The notes under the pieces are model-generated. The model saw only the letters and a list, made by a program, of their open reading frames with translations, had not been told where the DNA came from and did not search any database. A stretch of DNA of 32,000 nt from Nitrososphaera viennensis EN76 (GTDB lineage: Archaea > Thermoproteota > Nitrososphaeria > Nitrososphaerales > Nitrososphaeraceae), in NCBI RefSeq assembly GCF_000698785.1, contig NZ_CP007536.1, positions 930,001-962,000 on the forward strand, in the 5' to 3' direction. The position numbers and the translations under genes were made by a program. Of this stretch, positions 17,714 through 23,226 are shown piece by piece (within the stretch, counting starts at the first letter, position 1; each line of letters opens with the position of its first letter).

Positions 17714-18195
17714 GCAAAGTTTTCCACGACGCGGATCACGCCCTGCATGAAAGGATGCGGGACGCAGTGATAGGCGTAATCTCCGGCTTTTGTAAACGTG
17801 AATGACCACGAGCCACCCCCGGCAATGAAGCCGTTAAAAGTCTCGTCAAGGTGCGCCTGTGAATCGAACTTGCCGCTTATGGCATCGACATAGCCATCAT
17901 CACTTGTCACGGTATGAAAATTAGGATCCTGGTTTATCCAGGTCACTTTATTTGACAGCCCGAGAACGGCGCGCACATCGTTTGGGACATAGTTCTTGGG
18001 GTTTGACTCCAAGCCTGCGTCCTTTACGATGGTGACCGGGATGGTTTGCTCTGGGTTTCGTACTTCTGGCGGGACATAAGGCGTCCTGTTGGCTTCTGGC
18101 ACGTACACGTACTGGTAGTATGCCAGGCTGACAGCCACGGCAACAATGAACGCAGTCATGCTTATTCCGGCAGCGTGGCTTCTTGCCGCTTGCAC
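17710..18195 (-). CDS. membrane-anchored type-1 (blue) copper protein, plastocyanin/amicyanin-like
   Basis: Cupredoxin copper ligands are FHTVTSDD (His) and YHCVPHPFMQG (Cys, His, Met). An N-terminal hydrophobic anchor reads MTAFIVAVAVSLAYY. The start is GTG 18195 (TATA-like box at -20 to -27) or ATG 18159. Confidence 0.85.
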   Translation of the reverse strand: MQAARSHAAGISMTAFIVAVAVSLAYYQYVYVPEANRTPYVPPEVRNPEQTIPVTIVKDAGLESNPKNYVPNDVRAVLGLSNKVTWINQDPNFHTVTSDDGYVDAISGKFDSQAHLDETFNGFIAGGGSWSFTFTKAGDYAYHCVPHPFMQGVIRVVENFA

Positions 18196-18214
18196 GCCGC
18201 AAGTATGGGCGGCG

Positions 18215-18222
18215 TTTTATTT
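18215..18222 (-). promoter_or_regulatory. TATA-like box for the blue-copper protein gene
   Basis: The minus strand reads 'ccaaataaaacg' about 20-27 nt upstream of GTG 18195. Confidence 0.3.
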
Positions 18223-18509
18223 GGAAATTAGTCCAAACGTTTGGACAAAGGTTGATATCGTTGCTGCGGAAATTTTTTCATGTAAAAGACGTATGGCCGC
18301 CGGACCTGTATCGTTGGCGCGGCTTGCGGCCAAAGCAGCGCCAAAAGAGAGGCTTGCCGAAAATTACTTACTTCTTTTTCGGTTTCGCCTTGGACTTCTT
18401 TGCCTTTTTAGCTGCCATTGTTCTAGTAGAGTGACAGCTTATTGATATTATTTTGGGTATCCGGAAATTTTTCAGACTCTTGTACGCCGGCGGCAAGAGC
18501 AGCAACGAC

Positions 18510-18516
18510 AAAAAAA
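18510..18516 (-). terminator. oligo-T terminator after the M23 peptidase gene
   Basis: The minus strand reads 'ccccgccggcttttttt', a short GC palindrome followed by T7, about 28 nt after the stop at 18544. Confidence 0.5.
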
Positions 18517-18543
18517 GCCGGCGGGGATTTTGCATTCGCCACT

Positions 18544-20169
18544 CTACGGGTACTGCGGCTTGCCTCCTTTCCACGAGATCGAGTACCTTGCGCAGGGCGT
18601 GCTTATCGGGTCGGTGAGGTTTTTCGGGTAGCACTCTGGAGGCCCATAGATTCCGTACGGGTCTATGAAGTACCATTCGTTGTCAGACGGGTCGCGCCGG
18701 GCAAAAAAGATGTGCAGGTGCGTGTTTGTACCGCCCTTCCATTCGTAGTCGACCTCATCGCTTGTGCATCCGCAGCCGCCGGGCGCCGTGTCTCCTGCCC
18801 ATCCAAGAAACGCGCCCCTGTCGACCTTCTTGCCAAGCATGCCCGTGTCTATCTTTTCCGACTCCTTGCCCCAGTACTTTTCCTGCGGCGTGCCGCTGCC
18901 GTCTTTTTTGCAGCCGGTGTCGTTAAGGTATTTCTTGAATTGCGAAAGCCGCGGCTCCGATAGGTTGGGCACGGTCTGGGCCCAGGACGCCTTGCAGTCT
19001 GCACTCGGGCCGTTTGCAAGGTGCATGTAGACGGTACGAAAAGCATCCTTTACGCCGCCTGCGTCGTGGCTCACGACAATAGTGTTGCCTGACCACCAAT
19101 CCCACCCTATGTGGACTACAGTCCCGGAGGCCGCTGCGACTACCCCGAATTTCTTGCCGTCGTTGCGGTAATAGTCAATGGCGTGGTGCCACGAGCCGGG
19201 CTTGTAAAGCCACGTCCCGCCCCTTACCACCTTTTTGTCTGTAAACGGAAGAGTAAAGGGAGCGCCGTCAAAATAAAGCGCGGAGAGCCTTGCGTACCTC
19301 CTGTCCCCTTGAAGGGTAACCGGCCAGCGGTAATACACCACTTCTCCTGCTCCAGGATTTCCACAGGTGTTTGGTAGCCCGGGGCAGTGGATCTTGGTTC
19401 TTGTAATGCCATAGTTGTACGAGCCTTCAGGCATCACGACCTGGTTCATGCACTTGCCGTCGCATGCGCTGTCGCTCAGGGCCATTCTTACGAGACGCAG
19501 TCCCTTGTCGAAATATTCCTTGTCGCGGCTTACGAACGCCTCGGTGTCGTATCCCGACACCCACCACTGGGCGCCGGTGCCGGGGCGCCATACGGCAGAG
19601 TATTTGCCATTGGTTATGTTCAGATCAGTCAGGCGCAACCCCTTGTCGAAATAGCCCTTGTCCAGCGCCTTGAACTCGGAAAAAGTCTTTCCAGAAGTCC
19701 ACCATTGCGCTCCGGTGCCGGGGCGCCAGACGCCGGCGTACTTGCCGTCACGCACTTCAAGGTCGACCAGACGGAGGCCGTCGTCGAAATATTTCTTGTC
19801 TATTGCTTTGAACTCAGAGTAGGTCTTGCCGGATGTCCACCACTGGGCGCCGGTACCTGGCCTCCACACTCCGGCGTACTTGCCGTTGTATATGTGCAAG
19901 TTTGTAAGGCGCAGTCCATCGTCAAAGTATCCCTTGTCTATTGCCTTGAATTCCGCGTACGTCTTGCCATACACCCACCACTGGGCGCCGGTGCCGGGGC
20001 GCCATATGCCTGCAAATTTGCCGTTGTGTATTTCGAGGTCTACAAGCCGCAGGCCTTTGTTGAAATAGTCCTTGTCTATCTTTTTGAAATCGGCGTAGCT
20101 TTTTCCCGAGACCCACCACTGGGCGCCGGTACCTGGCCTCCATGCTGCAGCATAAATTGTCCCGGCCAC
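18544..20169 (-). CDS. M23 (LytM/lysostaphin-type) zinc metallopeptidase with five N-terminal 46-aa Trp-rich tandem repeats
   Basis: M23 signatures are WHHAIDY (HxxxD), NTIVVSHDAGG...TVYMHL and GGTNTHLHIFF (HxH), followed by DPYG. The N-terminus has five units beginning WRPGTGAQWW. GTG is the only start in frame, and there is an in-frame stop 17 codons upstream. Confidence 0.85.
   Translation of the reverse strand: MAGTIYAAAWRPGTGAQWWVSGKSYADFKKIDKDYFNKGLRLVDLEIHNGKFAGIWRPGTGAQWWVYGKTYAEFKAIDKGYFDDGLRLTNLHIYNGKYAGVWRPGTGAQWWTSGKTYSEFKAIDKKYFDDGLRLVDLEVRDGKYAGVWRPGTGAQWWTSGKTFSEFKALDKGYFDKGLRLTDLNITNGKYSAVWRPGTGAQWWVSGYDTEAFVSRDKEYFDKGLRLVRMALSDSACDGKCMNQVVMPEGSYNYGITRTKIHCPGLPNTCGNPGAGEVVYYRWPVTLQGDRRYARLSALYFDGAPFTLPFTDKKVVRGGTWLYKPGSWHHAIDYYRNDGKKFGVVAAASGTVVHIGWDWWSGNTIVVSHDAGGVKDAFRTVYMHLANGPSADCKASWAQTVPNLSEPRLSQFKKYLNDTGCKKDGSGTPQEKYWGKESEKIDTGMLGKKVDRGAFLGWAGDTAPGGCGCTSDEVDYEWKGGTNTHLHIFFARRDPSDNEWYFIDPYGIYGPPECYPKNLTDPISTPCARYSISWKGGKPQYP
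19453..20142 (-). repeat. intragenic tandem repeat, 5 x 138 nt (5 x 46 aa)
   Basis: The 'ccaccactgggcgccggt...' block recurs at 19561, 19699, 19837, 19975 and 20113, an exact 138-nt period. The peptide consensus is WRPGTGAQWWxSGKTYxEFKAIDKxYFDxGLRLxDLxIxNGKYAGV. Confidence 0.9.
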
Positions 20170-20460
20170 TACGACTCGCCCCTTTGCCTCAAGGTCGAAG
20201 CAACTGTTATCCGATGCGCGCTAGTTACGGCATTTTTATGGAATATATCCATTAGATGCCACTCATTCATGATTTTTCTGTTTAAAGACAATACCTAGCA
20301 CATAGAAATTAGCTATTTAAAGAAAGTGCAATTTCATTCTATCAGGTAGCAGTCGAAAAGCGTGCGTATGTGTAGAAATTTTAACTGAAACAGAAAAAAA
20401 ATGCATAAAATATCAAGCAGGTCTGTGCCGCATGCCAGGTCTACCTTTCTAAAATTTTTT

Positions 20461-20465
20461 AAAAA
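20461..20465 (-). terminator. oligo-T tract after the second blue-copper protein gene
   Basis: The minus strand reads 'ccagtctttttaaaaaatttt' about 29 nt after the stop at 20494. Confidence 0.4.
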
Positions 20466-20493
20466 GACTGGCGGCGGCTTGTCATCCCCCTCC

Positions 20494-20964
20494 TTATGAT
20501 GCAGCCGCTGCCACTACTACTACCGTTCCTATCATGTTAGGATGGATGGCGCAAAAGTATGGGTATTCTCCGGCCTTGTCAAACGTAAAGCTGAATGTCT
20601 GGCCCCTTCTCAGAACGTCAGAGTCAAAAGTGCCGTCATTGGAGGTCGCTGTGTGCACGGCAGAGTCGTCGTTTACCCAGGTGATCGTTTCTCCGGCCTT
20701 GATCTCGACAGGATTTGGACTGTACGAGTTGCTTTTTGAATTGTCAATTATGCTCACCTTTGTCCCATTCACGGCGGCAGGGGACGAGCCTTGTTGCTGC
20801 TGTTGCGAACCCTGTCCAGAGCCTCCCCCTCCTCTTGGCTGCTGACCTATGTCGTCGGGGATGTCAAAGCCGCCTCCCAGTACCTGCGCCGCCGCGATGG
20901 CCCCGGCTATGATGATTGACGATATCACCATTGCCACTGCAATTATCACAATTTTCCAAACCAT
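20494..20964 (-). CDS. membrane-anchored type-1 (blue) copper protein, plastocyanin-like, with Gly/Gln-rich linker
   Basis: Copper ligands are VHTATSND (His) and YFCAIHPNMIG (Cys, His, Met). The N-terminal anchor is MVWKIVIIAVAMVISSIIIAGAIAAA, followed by a QQPRGGGGSGQGSQQQQQGS linker. The true start is ATG 20964. The track's 21183 start adds a nonsensical Arg/Cys/Ser extension. Confidence 0.85.
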   Translation of the reverse strand: MVWKIVIIAVAMVISSIIIAGAIAAAQVLGGGFDIPDDIGQQPRGGGGSGQGSQQQQQGSSPAAVNGTKVSIIDNSKSNSYSPNPVEIKAGETITWVNDDSAVHTATSNDGTFDSDVLRRGQTFSFTFDKAGEYPYFCAIHPNMIGTVVVVAAAAS

Positions 20965-21168
20965 GGACAGGCATGATGAATGAATTTCTTGCTTTAACCA
21001 TTGTTCACCTGTCCTACGTAACTGAGTTACCTGAATGCTTATTTGCTTCGCCAATAGGTAGAACTGGTGACTGGAAAAAAGAGAACGGCAACGACGACAA
21101 CACCGGCGGCGGCTGCTGCTGCTCTTGCTCTGGTCAGATAGTAGCACGTCTGTGGCAACTGAGTCAAA

Positions 21169-21468
21169 TTGGTACATGCGCACCGAGAGAGAATTTACAT
21201 CAGGAAGGACATCATCTTGAAACTAAGCGATTATGGGGAGCTCAACCAGAGCCAGTTGATGAGCTACTGCGGGCTCAACAACGTCAAGCACAAGCCGATC
21301 ATTGACGAGCTGGTGGAAAAGGGGCTGATAATCAGGTTTGAAGAACCATGGGGAGAGCAGAACAGAATAATCAAGTACAGGGTTTCAGAGAAAGGAAAAG
21401 AAATCGTCGAGGCGGTACTAGAGCCCTATGAGCTACTGTTTCCAAGGGGAGAGGACAGGAAGAAATGA
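21169..21468 (+). CDS. small winged-helix DNA-binding protein (archaeal HTH_45-like)
   Basis: RKDIILKLSDYGELNQSQLMSYCGLNNVKHKPIIDELVEKGLIIRFEE...YRVSEKGKEIVEAV has the wHTH layout of small archaeal regulators. It resembles the ORF at 26975..27283. TTG start, uncertain. Confidence 0.65.
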   Translation: MVHAHRERIYIRKDIILKLSDYGELNQSQLMSYCGLNNVKHKPIIDELVEKGLIIRFEEPWGEQNRIIKYRVSEKGKEIVEAVLEPYELLFPRGEDRKK

Positions 21469-21506
21469 GCACGGATGTAGCAGCAGGTAACACAGTTACT
21501 GCCTTC

Positions 21507-21514
21507 TTTATAAT
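21507..21514 (+). promoter_or_regulatory. TATA box for the 21538 membrane-protein gene
   Basis: 'tttataat' ends 24 nt upstream of ATG 21538. Confidence 0.4.
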
Positions 21515-21537
21515 GCGGCAGAGGGGATCATCGCTTA

Positions 21538-21921
21538 ATGAGTGACTTGACCGATCACAGCAGCGGCAAGAAAGAGACTGCGCACGAGAACCTGCTTGAG
21601 ATACTGGACAATGTCATTCGACAACTGGATTTCACAAAAAAGATGATAATCATAATGGTCATTTCGTTCATCACCGTCGTACCAGTTTCTGCCATTGTCA
21701 TCAATGCAGTGACTGGTGGCAACAACCCGGGAGTTGCAATCCCCATCATTGCAGTCGCGGTTTTTCTCATATGGCTTGGAGTGGGGATCAGGCAGTGGAT
21801 CGTGTTTTCAAGGTGGACGCGCAAATACCGCATGTACAGGAAATTGCAGAAAGAGCTTGACAGGAGGCTGGATTTTGAAAAAAATGATGAAGAAAAAAGC
21901 GAAAAGAAAGAACAACAGTGA
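21538..21921 (+). CDS. hypothetical membrane protein (2 TM, Lys/Glu-rich C-terminus)
   Basis: 127 aa with ATG start. Two hydrophobic spans (MIIIMVISFITVVPVSAIVINAV and VAIPIIAVAVFLIWLGVGI) precede a charged tail. GC is lower than in flanking genes. Confidence 0.6.
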   Translation: MSDLTDHSSGKKETAHENLLEILDNVIRQLDFTKKMIIIMVISFITVVPVSAIVINAVTGGNNPGVAIPIIAVAVFLIWLGVGIRQWIVFSRWTRKYRMYRKLQKELDRRLDFEKNDEEKSEKKEQQ

Positions 21922-21950
21922 GATCATCTACAACTTGTCATCCCAGTAGA

Positions 21951-21957
21951 TTTTTTT
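21951..21957 (+). terminator. oligo-T terminator (T7), with A5 on the same strand serving the convergent gene
   Basis: 'gatttttttgcccaaaaag' lies 30 nt after the TGA at 21919-21921, between convergent genes. Confidence 0.45.
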
Positions 21958-22046
21958 GCCCAAAAAGAGAGTAGGGGCATCAGGCTTGCTCTCTGTTAGC
22001 GGCTATGATGCCTTGCTATGCTACGGTAACTCTCAATTTTGACACG

Positions 22047-22433
22047 TTATGATTGCATACTTTTTGAGGAGGAGAAGAAATGTCTGACCGGCAGCAGCAA
22101 TCCCAAAAGGGATAGAACAATGAAAACAATTTGATGAATATGATCGTTGCCTGGCGGCAATCCAAGTGCCAAATGTGTTGTCCAAAAGACAGGATAATAC
22201 CAGAGAGTAAACCATACCCATTTTTCTCCTCTTCTGTAAGCCTTTAGGGTAATCATGACACCAAATATTCCCATTCCAGTTGTCGCGACACCAATTGTTC
22301 GTAGTAACTCAACTTCTTTAGCGCCAGAGTAATCAGGAGAAATTTGTGGATATGCAGCAATTACGAATCCAAAACCAAGGATTGCGGTTCCGGTGGCTAG
22401 AAGCAGCATCCAGCCAATTCTTAATAATCGCAT
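22047..22433 (-). CDS. hypothetical integral membrane protein (about 4 TM)
   Basis: Starts MRLLRIGWMLLLATGTAILGFGFVIAAY and has four hydrophobic segments. ATG 22433 with 'ctaaaatattt' about 30 nt upstream. GC is markedly low and codons are A/T-ending. Confidence 0.6.
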   Translation of the reverse strand: MRLLRIGWMLLLATGTAILGFGFVIAAYPQISPDYSGAKEVELLRTIGVATTGMGIFGVMITLKAYRRGEKWVWFTLWYYPVFWTTHLALGLPPGNDHIHQIVFIVLSLLGLLLPVRHFFSSSKSMQS

Positions 22434-22591
22434 ATTCAGAGCTCTATAATACAAATATTTTAGGCGATTGATAGTGCTGCAAACTATGCTCATCAATACC
22501 TTGCTTACTTGCTATCTAACACCGGCATTCTTGCCAAATGCCTAAAATATTTTTGCTACATCAACATATCAATAGTAGTAGAGACCAGAAA

Positions 22592-22906
22592 ATGAGAGAT
22601 GAGGAGCTAACGAACCCCGCGGTACGAGCGGTAATAACTGCAATGCGTGACTGTAATAGAGAGGCGTTCTTTGCTGCATTTGCCCCGTCGGCAGAGCTTA
22701 CCGATGATGGCCACCTACAGCCGCTGAAAGAGTGGGCGGATAGAGAAATCTTTCAAGCACATGGTCATCTAGATGTGGAGAGAGAAGACAGTAACGGTTT
22801 GGAATTGGTCGGACTATTCCATTCGGATCAGTGGGACATGAAGACCATGTGGCGGTTCAGGGTCATCGATGGACGCATACACCGTCTTGATGTGGCCGCC
22901 CTCTGA
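22592..22906 (+). CDS. hypothetical small protein, possibly NTF2/SnoaL-like fold
   Basis: MRDEELTNPAVRAVITAMRDCNREAFFAAFAPSAELTDDG...WRFRVIDGRIHRLDV resembles the SnoaL-like pattern. This is a weak call by eye. ATG 22592 with 'cctaaaatattttt' about 40 nt upstream. A T6 run follows the stop. Confidence 0.5.
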   Translation: MRDEELTNPAVRAVITAMRDCNREAFFAAFAPSAELTDDGHLQPLKEWADREIFQAHGHLDVEREDSNGLELVGLFHSDQWDMKTMWRFRVIDGRIHRLDVAAL

Positions 22907-22908
22907 AG

Positions 22909-22914
22909 TTTTTT
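22909..22914 (+). terminator. oligo-T tract after the 22592 gene
   Basis: A T6 run lies 3 nt after the TGA at 22904-22906. Confidence 0.4.
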
Positions 22915-23042
22915 ATCGCAGTACCAAGATAGGCACACACAGTTTTGGACGGTTTTGGCGGCATTCAACGGTTACTGTGGCGATTGTAGTCCTCCATGAT
23001 ATTGAAGAGATTTATTCTGAAAAAGTAAGTGGGGCCGAAGGG

Positions 23043-23072
23043 ATTTGTCCTGGCGCGGGATTAACCGCAGCC
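23043..23072 (-). other. tRNA-Trp intron 2 (non-canonical, in the T-loop, about 30 nt)
   Basis: Removing 30 nt restores a perfect AAGGG-UUCAAAU-CCCUU T arm. The insert folds as GGC(U)GCGG-UUAAUC-CCGCGCC. The junction is ambiguous by up to 5 nt because 'caaat' flanks both sides. Confidence 0.65.
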
Positions 23073-23095
23073 ATTTGAACCCTTGACCCACGGGT

Positions 23096-23128
23096 TTCTT
23101 TCTCTAACTAGCCCATTTGTTGTTAGAT
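23096..23128 (-). other. tRNA-Trp intron 1 (canonical 37/38 position, about 33 nt)
   Basis: The insert lies between anticodon-loop G37 and A38. Internal helix is UCUAAC/GUUAGA. The exact 3' junction is ambiguous within an A run. Confidence 0.7.
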
Positions 23129-23226
23129 CTGGAGCCCGTTGCGATGCCTGGCTTCGCTACGACCCCACCAAGTGGCACCGTGTGTTTTTGATAGCAGAAA
23201 GATGTCTGTATAAGTCTTATCTTTCT

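Larger units (their letters stand above)
23030..23166 (-). tRNA. tRNA-Trp (anticodon CCA) with two introns; 74-nt mature body, no encoded CCA
   Basis: Hand fold on the minus strand. Acceptor is GGGGUCG/CGGCCCC (one U-G pair) with discriminator A. U8 A9. D arm is GCGA-AGCCAGGCA-UCGC. Anticodon stem is ACGGG/CCCGU with loop CU-CCA-G[33-nt intron]A. Variable loop is GGGUC. T arm is AAGGG-UUCAAAU[30-nt insert]-CCCUU. A T5 run lies 5 nt downstream. Confidence 0.8.

Noticed and set aside
17562-17805. Track ORFs 17562..17750 and 17611..17805 in the ald-cupredoxin spacer.
   Set aside because: Their translations are Thr/Ala/Arg low-complexity sequence. The third frame, the Cys/His-rich 38-aa ORF, is the only one with a non-random composition. 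The 17611 ORF runs antisense into the cupredoxin gene.
19453-20142. The 138-nt periodic repeats as a CRISPR array or satellite.
   Set aside because: The units are in frame within a single long ORF and encode a conserved peptide repeat. There is no spacer/repeat alternation and there are no cas genes.
20973-21034. A box C/D sRNA candidate (ATGATGA at 20973-20979, CTGA at 21022-21025 and 21031-21034).
   Set aside because: The length (62 nt) fits, but there are no recognisable internal D' and C' boxes and no terminal stem. It overlaps the leader region of the plastocyanin gene. A proper snoRNA scan is needed before calling it.
20965-21183. N-terminal extensions of track ORFs: 20494..21183, 862..2832, 29865..30353, 22047..22496 and 31248..31877.
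   Set aside because: The extensions encode implausible Arg/Cys/Ser-rich or non-hydrophobic leaders. Internal ATGs give canonical N-termini (an FAD motif or signal anchors) with TATA boxes at the right distance.
20200-23166. An integrative element inserted at tRNA-Trp.
   Set aside because: I found no integrase, recombinase or direct repeat of the tRNA 3' end by eye. Only the compositional shift is retained, as a low-confidence finding.
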